A stretch of 64,000 nt of DNA from Spirochaetia bacterium (GCA_034520965.1 JAXHMY010000002.1:128001-192000); one strand, 5' to 3'; counted from the stretch's first letter, positions 38,903 to 49,972 are shown. Notes: generated by a model from the sequence alone, not told the origin. Translations and numbers: made by a program.

Positions 38903-40114
38903 ATGGCTAAAAAGAACTCAAATACTACTCATGAGACTCCCGGAAATTTAGACGAAAAGAATAAAGCCCTTGATGCAGCCCGACTTCAGATCGAAAAACA
39001 GTACGGGAAGGGTTCGCTGATGAAATTGGGCGGCGACGGCCGGGACACCAGTATTCGCGTGGTACCCTCCGGTTCGATTTTGTTAGATGCAGCACTTGGT
39101 GTAGGCGGATACCCCCGGGGACGGGTTATTGAAATCTACGGCCCGGAATCTTCCGGTAAAACTACCTTAGCTCTGCACGCTATTGCAGAGGCCCAAAAAA
39201 CCGGAGGAATCGCCGCCTTTATTGATGCGGAACATGCATTAGATCCGGTATATGCCCGCAACCTGGGGGTTAATACTGATGAGTTATGGGTTTCTCAGCC
39301 CGACACCGGTGAGCAAGCCTTGGAAATAGCCGAGTCACTAGTTCGTTCGGGAGCTGTTGATATAATAGTGGTCGATTCAGTAGCAGCCTTAACTCCTCAG
39401 GCGGAGATCGAAGGAGAGATGGGCGACTCACACATGGGACTGCAGGCCCGGCTTATGAGCCAGGCCCTGCGAAAACTCACCGGTACTATCTCAAAATCCG
39501 GCACGAGCCTGGTATTTATTAACCAAATACGAATGAAGATCGGGGTCATGTTCGGTAACCCTGAAACTACTACCGGCGGACGAGCACTTAAATTCTACTC
39601 TTCAGTGAGGATAGAAGTGAGAAGAATCGAGACTATCTCAAAGGGTGCAGATGAGGCTATCGGAAACCGTGTTCGGGTAAAGGTAGTGAAGAATAAAGTA
39701 GCCCCGCCTTTTAAGAAGGTCGAGCTTGAAATTATTTTCGGGAAAGGGGTCAGCGCAACGGCAAGCCTGCTGGATGCCGCCCTTAGATTCGAACTTATCT
39801 CAAAGAGCGGGAGCTGGTACTCCTTCGGAGAAGAACGGATCGGCCAGGGGCGTGAAAATGCGAAGGACTTTTTAGATAACAATCCTGATATTGCTAAGGA
39901 TATCGACTTAAAAGTACGAAGACTGCTGTTTCCCGAGCGTTATAAAGAAGAGGAGGGCAGCAGCCCGGAAAAATCCGAAGAACAAGCGAAATCCGGCAGC
40001 CAGTCTAAATCTACAGATGAGTCAAAACCACTTGAGAAGGAAAAAGCTAAAGCACAACCGGCACAACCGGAGAGCGCTGCTGAAAAGCCTTCTCCAGATA
40101 AGGAACTCTTTTAG
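38903..40114 (+). CDS. recA: recombinase RecA with a long charged C-terminal tail
   Basis: [45 protein letters not shown]. Confidence 0.99.
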   Translation: MAKKNSNTTHETPGNLDEKNKALDAARLQIEKQYGKGSLMKLGGDGRDTSIRVVPSGSILLDAALGVGGYPRGRVIEIYGPESSGKTTLALHAIAEAQKTGGIAAFIDAEHALDPVYARNLGVNTDELWVSQPDTGEQALEIAESLVRSGAVDIIVVDSVAALTPQAEIEGEMGDSHMGLQARLMSQALRKLTGTISKSGTSLVFINQIRMKIGVMFGNPETTTGGRALKFYSSVRIEVRRIETISKGADEAIGNRVRVKVVKNKVAPPFKKVELEIIFGKGVSATASLLDAALRFELISKSGSWYSFGEERIGQGRENAKDFLDNNPDIAKDIDLKVRRLLFPERYKEEEGSSPEKSEEQAKSGSQSKSTDESKPLEKEKAKAQPAQPESAAEKPSPDKELF

Positions 40115-40119
40115 AGGTA

Positions 40120-40899
40120 ATGGAAACGGAACAAATTTCATCCACCGGTGAATCGGAAAAGCAGCAATTTAAATTAAGTGAGTTCGAAGGACCTCTTGAT
40201 CTGTTGCTGTTTTTAATAAAAAAAAATGAAATAAACATATACGATATTCCTATTGCTGATATCACAGAACAGTATCTGTCATATATACAGTATGCTGCAG
40301 GCCGCCAGTTAGAAGACCTCACTGAGTTTTACGTACTGGCCTCGACACTGCTGTATATAAAGTCGCAAATGCTGCTGCCGATCGAGGTTGATTTTGAAGA
40401 TGAACTCGAAGACCCTAGGCTTGAACTGGTTGAGCGGCTCATTGAATATCAGAAGTATAAAAAGCTTACCGAGATAATGGCGGAAAAAGAACAGGAGACA
40501 GAGTGGGTTATCGAACGAAAAAAAATCCAGCCGGCCCTTCCATTCCCTGAGGATGATGACACCTGGACTAAAATAGATGTGTGGGACCTTCTAAAGACTT
40601 TTTCACATTTGATTTCGTCGATCTCAGCGGAGAATGTTATTGATCTGCATGAAGAGATAACCGTAAATGAAAAGATCAGTTTAATTAATGAACTGCTCGA
40701 CACCCATGGTGAGTTCTATTTTACCGATCTAATCACCAGACCGCACCTGACCATGGACATAGTCTGTGCGTTCCTTGCCATCCTTGATACGGTAAAATCT
40801 AGAATAATCGGAATATTTCAAAATAAATTATTTGGCGATATTAAAATACGCCGGCTTAGCCCCATGCCAAAGGAAAAGGAGCATGAAACTGGAACGTGA
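40120..40899 (+). CDS. scpA: segregation and condensation protein A
   Basis: FEGPLDLLLFLI, IKSQMLLP, DPRLELVERLIEY, FLAILD. Confidence 0.95.
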   Translation: METEQISSTGESEKQQFKLSEFEGPLDLLLFLIKKNEINIYDIPIADITEQYLSYIQYAAGRQLEDLTEFYVLASTLLYIKSQMLLPIEVDFEDELEDPRLELVERLIEYQKYKKLTEIMAEKEQETEWVIERKKIQPALPFPEDDDTWTKIDVWDLLKTFSHLISSISAENVIDLHEEITVNEKISLINELLDTHGEFYFTDLITRPHLTMDIVCAFLAILDTVKSRIIGIFQNKLFGDIKIRRLSPMPKEKEHETGT

Positions 40900-41431
40900 A
40901 GCTGCACTCATAGAGGCCATACTGTTTCTGGAGAGTGAACCGGTTGAAGTGGAGAAACTGGCTCGCTATTCACAATTACCGCAGGATATTGTTGAGCGGG
41001 TACTTCTGCAGTTGAAGGAGGAGTATGCCCGGGATGATCATGGTTTAGAGCTAATCGAGATAAGCGGGGGGATGCAGCTTTCTCCAAAAGCCGATCTTTG
41101 GGAGCACCTGAAAGAGCGCTATGGGCGAAAAAATGAGAGCCGACTCTCGAAGGCAGCCCTGGAATCCCTTTCAATCATCGCCTATTCGCAACCGATAACC
41201 CGGGGTGAAATTGACAATATTCGCGGTGTATCCTCGGCAAATATGGTAAAACAGCTCCATGAACGGAACTTAATTAAAGTAGTGGGAAAAAAAGATGTTC
41301 CCGGTAAACCGGTACAGTACGGCACTACGAAAGAGTTTCTGAAGTTGTTTCGATTGAAAAGTATCGCTGATTTACCGCACCTTGATGAACTTGATAAAGA
41401 GCGCTTTGAATTGGAAAGTGATGAGTCCTAG
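40883..41431 (+). CDS. scpB: segregation and condensation protein B
   Basis: IEAILF, LSKAALESLSIIAYSQPITRGEIDNIRGV, PGKPVQYGTT. Confidence 0.96.
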   Translation: MKLEREAALIEAILFLESEPVEVEKLARYSQLPQDIVERVLLQLKEEYARDDHGLELIEISGGMQLSPKADLWEHLKERYGRKNESRLSKAALESLSIIAYSQPITRGEIDNIRGVSSANMVKQLHERNLIKVVGKKDVPGKPVQYGTTKEFLKLFRLKSIADLPHLDELDKERFELESDES

Positions 41432-41433
41432 CA

Positions 41434-42165
41434 ATGAAGCCTATGAATGAAGAAAGTGGTGTTCGCCTTCAGGTCTACCTAGCCCGCTGCGGGATAGGTT
41501 CGCGAAGGAAGAACGAGGAGTTTATTGCCGACGGGAGGGCGGCTGTAAACGGACAGGTGATTATCGAGCCGGGAACGAAAGTTTATCCCGGCGACAAGAT
41601 CACCTTTGATTGGAGGCCGGTGCAGCCGGAGGCAGAGGATCGGTATGTTGTGCTCTACAAACCTCCTCGCTTTATTTGTTCAAGTTCCGATCCTCTTGGA
41701 CGTCCTCTGGCCCTCGATTTACTTCGCCCTCACTTTAGCGAGCGCCTATTCAATGTCGGCCGTTTGGACTTTATGTCGGAGGGATTGATTTTTTTCAGCA
41801 ATGACGGCAATTTTACCCGGATTGTATCTCATCCCTCGTCCGAAATTGAGAAAGAATACCGGGTAATCTGCCATAATCCAGTTGATAAGAGTATTCTTGA
41901 TCAATGGCTCGAGGGCGTTACTGTTGAGGGTACTTCCTACAAAATTAAGACTTATCGTACAGAGGGGCCCGATGAAGTTTTCCTGACCCTGATCGAGGGA
42001 AAAAACAGGGAGATAAGAACCTTGTTTAAGGCCTGGAAAATCGACATTAAGCGGCTGATTCGCATAAGAATAGGTCCGGTTACTATTGAAGGACTAAACC
42101 CCGGGGAACACCGTCTGCTGACGGCAGATGAGGTAGATTGGTTTATTAAAAGAGGAGCAAAATGA
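41434..42165 (+). CDS. rluB: rRNA pseudouridine synthase (RluB/RsuA family)
   Basis: S4 domain (RLQVYLARCGIGSRR), VGRLD, EGKNREIR. Confidence 0.88.
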   Translation: MKPMNEESGVRLQVYLARCGIGSRRKNEEFIADGRAAVNGQVIIEPGTKVYPGDKITFDWRPVQPEAEDRYVVLYKPPRFICSSSDPLGRPLALDLLRPHFSERLFNVGRLDFMSEGLIFFSNDGNFTRIVSHPSSEIEKEYRVICHNPVDKSILDQWLEGVTVEGTSYKIKTYRTEGPDEVFLTLIEGKNREIRTLFKAWKIDIKRLIRIRIGPVTIEGLNPGEHRLLTADEVDWFIKRGAK

Positions 42166-42809
42166 TAGTAGCGATCGACGGTCCGGCAGGTGTCGGCAAG
42201 AGCACCATTGCAAAACAGATAGCCGAACGAACAGGCATGTACTACATAAATTCTGGAAATCTGTACCGCGCCATTACCTGGCAAATTTTGCGCGAGTATT
42301 CCGACCAGCCGCCTGAGGATCCGGATAAGCTGATTGAGATTGCTAATAACTGCCGGGTTGAGCTAAAACCCGATGGTTTTTATGTGAACTCTGTTCGAGT
42401 TGAAGATTATTTGCATACTGATGCAGTCGATACATGGGTCGCCCAGGTTTCTTCAATCAGTGAAATACGATCTATTGTAAATGCAGATTTGCGTAAAATT
42501 GCTTTGAATGTGCAATCAGTAGTTGAGGGAAGGGATATAACCACGGTGGTGTTTCCCGATGCAAAAGTAAAGATTTTCCTTGACGCATCGGTTGAAACTC
42601 GTGCAAAAAGAAGATATCATCAAGGAATCAGTGAGCTTTCAATTAAAGAAATTGAAGAACGAATTCGCCGGCGGGATCAAATTGACCGCAACAAAACTGT
42701 CGGTCGTTTGGAAGTTGCCGATGACGCCCTTTATTTAGACACCTCGGACTTGACCATCGATCAAGTTTGTGAGAAAGTAATAGACAAAATTCAAAAAACG
42801 GTACAATAA
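42162..42809 (+). CDS. cmk: cytidylate kinase
   Basis: IAIDGPAGVGKST-like P-loop, SGNLYRA, VEGRDI, KIFLDAS. Confidence 0.96.
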   Translation: MIVAIDGPAGVGKSTIAKQIAERTGMYYINSGNLYRAITWQILREYSDQPPEDPDKLIEIANNCRVELKPDGFYVNSVRVEDYLHTDAVDTWVAQVSSISEIRSIVNADLRKIALNVQSVVEGRDITTVVFPDAKVKIFLDASVETRAKRRYHQGISELSIKEIEERIRRRDQIDRNKTVGRLEVADDALYLDTSDLTIDQVCEKVIDKIQKTVQ

Positions 42810-42828
42810 GTATAGTAGCAGGAGAAAA

Positions 42829-44553
42829 ATGACAGTGATGACTGAAAAAGACCCGGATACCGCAGCAGAAAACATTCAATCATCCCTTCAGGAAGAATAC
42901 CTTAAAAGCTTAGAAGAACTTGAAGAAGGTCAACTAATAGACGGAACGGTTGTGGAGATTACTCCAGAACATGTCTTTGTAGACGTAGGGTATAAATCCG
43001 AAGGGAAGATACCTCTCGAAGAATTCGATACCCCCCCTGAACAGGGCGATGACGTATCGGTAGTACTTATCCGCAAAGAAGGCAAGGGCGGACAGGTGGT
43101 TGTGTCTAAGAAAAAGGCTGATATTCGTAATTTCTGGAAAGAATTACGAAACGCCCACCAGGAAGGCAAGCCCGTCAAAGGAACCTTCGATAAAAATATC
43201 AAAGGCGGTTTTGAAGTAGACCTCGGTTTTGGTGTACGCGGTTTTTGCCCCTTCTCCAAAGCCGATGTTGTTCGTGTTGAAAAGCCTGAAGATTATCTGA
43301 ATACTATAGGCGAGTTCTTAATTGACCGTCTTTACAGCAGCAATAAACTTAAAATCGTCCTTTCCAGGCGAGGTTTTCTTGAACAGGAGATCAACCGCCG
43401 TAAAAAAGAATTCTTTGAACATACAGAAATCGGCGATACCATTAAAGGCCGGGTGAAGAGTTTTACCTCCTTTGGTGCCTTTATCGATCTCGGCGGCTTT
43501 GACGGTTTACTGCATATCAATGATATGAGCTGGGGCCATGTAACCCGCCCTAAAGACTATGTGAAAAAAGGTCAGGAGATCACCCTCAAAATAATCCATC
43601 TTGACCCGGAAGAACAAAAAATAAACCTTTCCTTAAAACACTTTACCCCCGACCCCTGGGTCAATTTTGAAAATAAGTATCAGGTAAATGACGTAGTTAA
43701 AGGTAAGGTTACAAAACTTACGGACTTCGGTGCCTTTGTTGAACTAGAAGAAGGTGTTGAGGGGCTGGTACACGTATCTGAACTATCTTGGGTTAAGCGT
43801 GTGAACCATCCAAAAGAGGTTCTTGCAATTGGGGACGAGGTTGATGTCATGATTCTCTCCTACGATATTCAGCAGGGACGAGTCTCCCTTGGTATAAAAC
43901 AGGTTCTACCGAACCCGTGGGAAGAAATAGAGAATAAATATCCGGTTGACACCCGCCTCACACGCGAAATTGTCAAAATTACCAATGCCGGTGCATTTGT
44001 AAAGCTTGAAGATGGAATCGACGGCTTCCTGCATGTAGATGATCTGTCCTGGACCAAGAAAATTAAGAATCCCGCTTCAGTTCTTAAGGTGGGTGAAGAA
44101 ATTGAATGTGTGGTTACTGAAGTTGATACTGAATCCCACCGCATCCGCCTTGGAGTGAAGCAGCTAAGTGAAGACCCCTGGCGTTCACTGCAGAAAAGCT
44201 ACCCGAAGGGCAGTGTAATCGAAGGTGAGGTTACTTCCGTAACGGACTTCGGTATATTTATTCGAGTACCAGGAGATATCGAAGGACTTATCCATAAGTT
44301 TAATCTCCGTTCGCCCGCCGACGACACCCCTGAAGATGAATTACTTCAGAAATATAAACCTGGTGATAAGGTGAAGGCCGTTGTGCTGGATGTAAAGCCG
44401 GAAGCCCAGAAGCTCTCCCTTTCCATCAAAGAGTACCAGAAGGGAATACAGAAGAAAGAAATATCCAAGTATATTCACGATGATCAAGACGAATCAACTG
44501 TCACCTTTGGCGATCTATTGAAGGAAAAGGGGGCCGACTCATTCGATTCGTAG
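42829..44553 (+). CDS. rpsA: 30S ribosomal protein S1
   Basis: VDVGYKSEG and repeated S1 domains (FGAFIDLGGFDGLLH, FGAFVELEEGVEGLVH). Confidence 0.97.
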   Translation: MTVMTEKDPDTAAENIQSSLQEEYLKSLEELEEGQLIDGTVVEITPEHVFVDVGYKSEGKIPLEEFDTPPEQGDDVSVVLIRKEGKGGQVVVSKKKADIRNFWKELRNAHQEGKPVKGTFDKNIKGGFEVDLGFGVRGFCPFSKADVVRVEKPEDYLNTIGEFLIDRLYSSNKLKIVLSRRGFLEQEINRRKKEFFEHTEIGDTIKGRVKSFTSFGAFIDLGGFDGLLHINDMSWGHVTRPKDYVKKGQEITLKIIHLDPEEQKINLSLKHFTPDPWVNFENKYQVNDVVKGKVTKLTDFGAFVELEEGVEGLVHVSELSWVKRVNHPKEVLAIGDEVDVMILSYDIQQGRVSLGIKQVLPNPWEEIENKYPVDTRLTREIVKITNAGAFVKLEDGIDGFLHVDDLSWTKKIKNPASVLKVGEEIECVVTEVDTESHRIRLGVKQLSEDPWRSLQKSYPKGSVIEGEVTSVTDFGIFIRVPGDIEGLIHKFNLRSPADDTPEDELLQKYKPGDKVKAVVLDVKPEAQKLSLSIKEYQKGIQKKEISKYIHDDQDESTVTFGDLLKEKGADSFDS

Positions 44554-44554
44554 T

Positions 44555-46067
44555 ATGTTTAACTCTACCGTCGATGCAGAGAAGCTCAAAACGCTCATCG
44601 AGATCAACACGCTCATCAATTCCGATGTACAAGACGGACGGACTCTACCGACCGAATTTATACGAGTCCGCTACCCGTCTAACCGATGGTGAGTCCTCGT
44701 CGTTGCTCTTAGTTGATAATGAAAATAACAACCTCTATTTTGAAATTGCCCTCGGACCAAAGGGCCCTGATGTAAAGCGTTTCACCCTACAAATGGGCGA
44801 GGGTATTGCGGGCTGGGTAGCACAGAATAACACCTCTCTTATTGTCAACGATGTTGATCGTGACACACGCTACTATTCAGATATTAGCGAAAAAGTAGGA
44901 TATCCAACCGATTCAATTCTCGCTGTTCCTATGAGAATTAAGGACAAGTGCATCGGTGTAATCGAGATAATCAACAAAAAGAAAAACAATAGCTTTACCA
45001 ATGAAGACCTGCAATGGTTAGAAATATTTGCCGGACAGGCGGCGCTCACTATTCAGAATGCAAAGGAATACCAGAAGGTACAGAACGAGGTGTATGCACT
45101 GCAGGACCAGCTACAGCAGGGTCGTGGTTTCCATACTTTCATCGGTACCAGCCCGCAGATTACTGAAAAGTTAGAGGTTGCAAAGCGGGTTGCCGGTACC
45201 GACTCTTCCGTACTAATTCTAGGTGAAAGCGGTTCCGGAAAAGAGCTGTTTGCAGAACAAATCCATCTTCACAGTCCCCGTAAGGATGCTCCGTTTATTC
45301 GCGTAAATTGCGCGGCCCTGCCGGAACATCTGCTCGAAAGTGAATTGTTTGGCCATGTAAAGGGAGCCTTTACCGATGCACACCGCGATCGACTCGGCAG
45401 GTTTGAAATGGCCAATAGCGGGACTATTTTTCTAGATGAAGTGGGGGAGATACCACTTAGTCTACAGGCTAAATTATTAAGAGCGATACAGTATAAATCT
45501 TTCCAGCGGGTTGGTGAGAGTGACCCTACCTATGTAGATGTACGAATATTGGCAGCCACCAACAAAGATATTGAACAGGAAGTCGAAAATGGCAATTTCC
45601 GGCGTGATTTGTATTACCGCTTAAATGTATTGCCGTTTTATATTCCACCCCTGCGCGAAAGGCCCGATGACATAAGCGATCTATCGGAGTTTTTTTTGAA
45701 AAAGACCAACCGTGAAACAAATAAACAGGTCCACGGCTTTTCTTCAGAGGCAATGGATTTACTTTTGTCATACAACTGGCCTGGAAATGTGCGGGAACTG
45801 CAGAATGTGGTAGAGCGTGCAGTGGTATTGTCAAAAGATGTCTACATTAAGGCGGATGACCTCTTGTTGCGATCCCCCGGAAACCGCAGTAACAAGGCGG
45901 ATTACGATGAAACCCAGCTGAAGGATGCAGTAAACCAATTCAAAAAGCATTTTATTCGTAACGTGCTGAAAAAACACTCTTGGAATCAAACCAAAGCTTC
46001 TAAAGTACTGGGTATTCAACGTACTTATCTTTCGAAGCTGGTAAAAGAATTAGATATAAAAGATTAA
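44555..46067 (+). CDS. GAF-domain sigma-54-dependent transcriptional activator (NifA/FhlA-like architecture); apparent frameshift at about 44648-44662
   Basis: GAF (GEGIAGWVA, SILAVPM), GESGSGKE, ESELFGHVKGAFTDA, FLDEVGE, WPGNVREL and a Fis-type HTH. ATG 44555 gives MFNSTVDAEKLKTLIEINTLINS in another frame. Confidence 0.9.
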
Positions 46068-46086
46068 TGATAAGGAGCATGGACGC

Positions 46087-46774
46087 ATGTCACAACAACA
46101 GGTAAGAACAGAAGATAAGAATTTCAAAACTGTATTAACCACCTTTTTATCAAATAATTGGCGAACTTTAATAGTTATCGCCGTTATTATTGTGGTACTG
46201 GTAATCGGGGGCGGAGTCTATACCCTCGTGCATCAGAATCGCGTTGAAAAATCTGCGGTCGCAGCCGAACAGGTTCAGACACTGTATGCAGATTTGCAGG
46301 CAGCAGAGGGTGGAGAAAAAGATGAAATCGCCGAGGAACTTGTATCAGCGGCGGAAGAAGCCATAGGCAATTTTTCGGGAATGTATGCAGCTGCAAGGTC
46401 ACATTTGGTATTAGGCCGGATGGCCTACGATCAAAAAAATTTTGAGAAGGCACTTGAGCATTTTAATGCATTAGCTGATTCCCAGCCAAAAAACTATTTG
46501 GCACCAATTAGCTTAATGCACGCTGCAACGGCCCATGAAGAGGCTGAGGAGTATGAGGATGCCATTGCAGCCTATCAACGGGTCCGTGAAAACTATTCGG
46601 ATACCTTTCCGGAAGTACCCCATGCTCTGTTTTCGATAGGCCGGCTGTATGAGAAAATTGATAATAAAGATGCAGCACTGCAGGCCTACAATGAAGTTAT
46701 AGATGATTTTTCTTCAAGTAATTGGACAAATTTTAGCACGTGACCGTATAATTTACCTTGAAACTATAAATTAG
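46087..46774 (+). CDS. membrane-anchored TPR protein (YfgM-like architecture); apparent extra T at about 46731
   Basis: N-terminal TM helix and TPRs. Removing one T gives NWTNLARDRIIYLETIN* ending at 46774. Confidence 0.75.
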
Positions 46775-46794
46775 CGCACGCAAGGGGGATAACA

Positions 46795-49200
46795 ATGCCG
46801 GCTGAGGGAAAGAAAATAAAGAAGCGCTCCACATTCATGGAGGTACGCTATTTCGGCTTTATTATTGCTCTAACGATAATACTGATTTCCCTTGGCATTG
46901 GTGCCGGCACCTCAATTTTCGATAACTTGGAGGTCCGTATACTGGATATTCATTTCCGGTATAAGGATCTCTTTCAGTCAGAAGAGGTAGAGGAGGGGGT
47001 AAAGATTGTTCAACAAAATCCTAATATCTCCCAGGATATTCTGATAGTCGGAATCGACTTCAGGACCTTAACTCGCTTTGGTCGCTGGCCCTTTCCGCGC
47101 TACACCCATGCCGACTTAATCAATACTTTTACTCGCATCCAAGACCAAAATGCGCGGGAAAATGCGGTGTTTCTGGATATTTTTTTTAATGAGCCCTCAG
47201 ATACTGCGGTAAACGACGGTATTCTGGTTGAAAGTATTGAACAAAACAATCGTGTTTTTCTAGAGACTTTGCTGGATGAAGTGCCGCCTCCTCCTGAAAA
47301 AGAGAAAGATTTTCTACGGCGCCACCAGGGGCTTGTGTCGAGTTTTGGCGAAATTACCAGGGTAGAGGGACCCTGGGAGGAACTTACTCCATTTTACGGC
47401 CTTCAGCCGCCGCTCAAGCCGTATGCGGAAGCTGCAGTGGGGTACGGCCACGCAAATTACATTAAGGATGTAGATGAAGTATATCGACGTCAGCCCTTGG
47501 TAGCCAAGTACTCCGAAAAAATAGAGGAGTTTCCCTTTCGGACTCTTACAACGGATACGGAACTTGATAGGGATAACTACGAGAGATTAGCTTGGGCTGA
47601 TAAAAACGGCCAAGAACATCCGATTCCGTATCCCCTCACCAATACCATCTTAGACAACCTGCTGCGAGAACTAGAAAACAAGGCGCCGGTGAAAAATGTC
47701 GACACCGACAACGACGGCGAGACCGATGATTCCTACTTTGTAGTTCATAAATACCGCGATCATTTTCTGCCGGCAATTACCTTATCCCTGGCTTTGAACT
47801 ATTTTAATAAAAAACTATCCGATATTGAGGTTGTGTTAGGTGAGTATATTCGTATTCCCGAGCCCCAATACTACGACACTCAAAACGGGGTGTGGACTCC
47901 CTACGAGATACAGACAGCACCGCCGGAGTACGATGACGAAGGCAACCTGGTTACTGCGGAAAAAACAAAAATAGTTGAAGAAATAAAGATTCCCATAGAT
48001 GCGCAGGGCGATATGCTGATTAACTTTATGGGCCCCCCCTCATTTTCTTCTCCCGGAGAACGGCAGACATTCCCGGTGCGCTCTTACTCGGGATACGCTT
48101 CAAACCCTCCCGGCCCCGACCCGAATGTATGGCCGAGAACCCGGGCACTGGATAATAAAATTATTATGGTCGGGTCATTTACCCGCGGCATGGCGGCCGA
48201 CCATAAACCGACCCCTTACGGCCTTATGTACGGGGTAGAAGTACATGCGAATGCGCTCAACACAATCATGATGAACAACTTTCTTCATTATGCCTCGTTT
48301 TGGGTTAATTTGGCTATTTTAGTCGGCTTAGTGCTTGTTATTGCAATTTTCAGCTCCCGCCTTTCAACCGCCTGGGCGTTTATTACCACCTTGTTTCTTA
48401 TTTTGGCCCTGTTTATAACTTCTTCAATAGTATTCGACCGGGAAGCCTATATTATCAATTTTACCCAGCCGGCCCTGGCAAGTTTGTTCGCCTTCTTTTC
48501 GATTGTGGTGTACCGGGAAATGACCGAATCTAAGGACAAGCGCCGTATTAGAAGTATGTTTGGCACTTATGTCAGCCCGCAGGTTGTTGACCAGATCTTG
48601 GATAATCCTCCCGAACTTGGGGGAGTAGATAAAGACATGACTGTATTTTTCTCGGATATCCGCGGCTTTACGACTCTTTCAGAGAGTATGAGCCCCCAGG
48701 AACTGGTACAGGTATTAAACCGGTATCTCACCGCAATGACCGATATTGTGTTGAAATATGACGGCACGCTGGACAAGTATGAGGGCGATGCTATCATGGC
48801 TTTTTGGGGAGCACCTCTGCCCCAGGAGGACCACGCTCTACGGGCTTGCAAATGTGCGGTGGAACAGCTGGAGGCATTGAAAATACTGAATGACGAGTTC
48901 CCTGATGAATATCAGATGGACATTGGAATCGGCTTGAATTCAGGACGGATGACAGTGGGTAATATGGGCTCGATGCAGCGAATGGATTATACCTTGATTG
49001 GAGATAATGTAAACCTGGGTGCCCGCCTTGAAGGTACCAATAAGCAGTACATGACCCGCATCATTATCAGTGAACATACCTATGGACAGGTGAAAGATAA
49101 TGTAGTAGTTCGTGAGCTGGATAACATACGGGTGAAGGGAAAGAACAAACCGGTTCTTATCTACGAGCTTGTCGACATAAAGGACTCTTCACCGGAGTAG
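46795..49200 (+). CDS. CHASE2-domain class III adenylate/guanylate cyclase
   Basis: TM, CHASE2 (GRWPFPR, TPYGLMYGVEVHANAL), 3 TM helices, then a cyclase (FFSDIRGFT, LDKYEGDAIMA, DYTLIGDNVNLGARLEG). Confidence 0.93.
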   Translation: MPAEGKKIKKRSTFMEVRYFGFIIALTIILISLGIGAGTSIFDNLEVRILDIHFRYKDLFQSEEVEEGVKIVQQNPNISQDILIVGIDFRTLTRFGRWPFPRYTHADLINTFTRIQDQNARENAVFLDIFFNEPSDTAVNDGILVESIEQNNRVFLETLLDEVPPPPEKEKDFLRRHQGLVSSFGEITRVEGPWEELTPFYGLQPPLKPYAEAAVGYGHANYIKDVDEVYRRQPLVAKYSEKIEEFPFRTLTTDTELDRDNYERLAWADKNGQEHPIPYPLTNTILDNLLRELENKAPVKNVDTDNDGETDDSYFVVHKYRDHFLPAITLSLALNYFNKKLSDIEVVLGEYIRIPEPQYYDTQNGVWTPYEIQTAPPEYDDEGNLVTAEKTKIVEEIKIPIDAQGDMLINFMGPPSFSSPGERQTFPVRSYSGYASNPPGPDPNVWPRTRALDNKIIMVGSFTRGMAADHKPTPYGLMYGVEVHANALNTIMMNNFLHYASFWVNLAILVGLVLVIAIFSSRLSTAWAFITTLFLILALFITSSIVFDREAYIINFTQPALASLFAFFSIVVYREMTESKDKRRIRSMFGTYVSPQVVDQILDNPPELGGVDKDMTVFFSDIRGFTTLSESMSPQELVQVLNRYLTAMTDIVLKYDGTLDKYEGDAIMAFWGAPLPQEDHALRACKCAVEQLEALKILNDEFPDEYQMDIGIGLNSGRMTVGNMGSMQRMDYTLIGDNVNLGARLEGTNKQYMTRIIISEHTYGQVKDNVVVRELDNIRVKGKNKPVLIYELVDIKDSSPE

Positions 49201-49217
49201 TGCAGCAGTGCTGCACT
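49199..49217 (+). terminator. small hairpin at the cyclase stop codon
   Basis: AGTGCAGC-AGT-GCTGCACT followed by CGTTTT. Confidence 0.4.
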
Positions 49218-49240
49218 CGTTTTCCGATGAGTACAAGAAT

Positions 49241-49972
49241 ATGAAGCGCTGTATATCAGTTAATCTCACCATTATCGTAGCACTGATCATTCTCACACTG
49301 CTTACGCTACCCGTGATAGGCTGTGGAATTCCCAGCTACCCGTATCTGTACCCGCCGGAGGCTTTAGGCGGCGGAAGAGTGGGTTTTAGCCACGATGAAA
49401 ACAACGATCCGGATGCGTTTCGAGGCTACGAAATCTTTTACCGCTTTTATGCAAATGATCCCGATACAGCTGGTGCAGGGGATATGGAAGATTACTTTAC
49501 GGCAGAAGGAGCAATCAGGTCTGTTATTAATGGGACAAGCAGCAGTGCACTCACTTACGGTTTCCGCCGTCTCATCATAGAAGGCAATAAGGCTACTGAT
49601 CCTCCGCCACAGTTGCCAATTGATTTTGCGGACAGAAACAACACTTTCACAATAGAACTTATCGAAGATGAAACTAACGACGTAATTAGATTTACTTATG
49701 ATTCAGTCACTTATAATGTTTTTAGATATGTTCCATACGAGGAAAGTGTTGAGTACGACTATAAACCTTTTTTGCCTGCAACTGATGGTGATTTGTATGA
49801 TTTTACTTCCGGAGAAAACGACATTCATGATGCTGAAGAGGTTGATGAAACCAGCATTTATGTTGCTTTTTTTGCAGTACCTTACGGCTTTGATGTAGAT
49901 GCGTTACAAGAACTCTACGCCAACGGAAGTTACGAGGGGATGGAATATATCGGGCGTTTCAAGATACAATAA
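49241..49972 (+). CDS. acidic putative lipoprotein
   Basis: MKR, a long hydrophobic stretch and the lipobox VIGC; FRGYEIFYRFY motif. Confidence 0.7.
   Translation: MKRCISVNLTIIVALIILTLLTLPVIGCGIPSYPYLYPPEALGGGRVGFSHDENNDPDAFRGYEIFYRFYANDPDTAGAGDMEDYFTAEGAIRSVINGTSSSALTYGFRRLIIEGNKATDPPPQLPIDFADRNNTFTIELIEDETNDVIRFTYDSVTYNVFRYVPYEESVEYDYKPFLPATDGDLYDFTSGENDIHDAEEVDETSIYVAFFAVPYGFDVDALQELYANGSYEGMEYIGRFKIQ

Noticed and set aside
49223..49230. TCCGATGA as a sigma-28 -10 for the lipoprotein gene
   Set aside because: No TAAA-like -35 at the proper spacing
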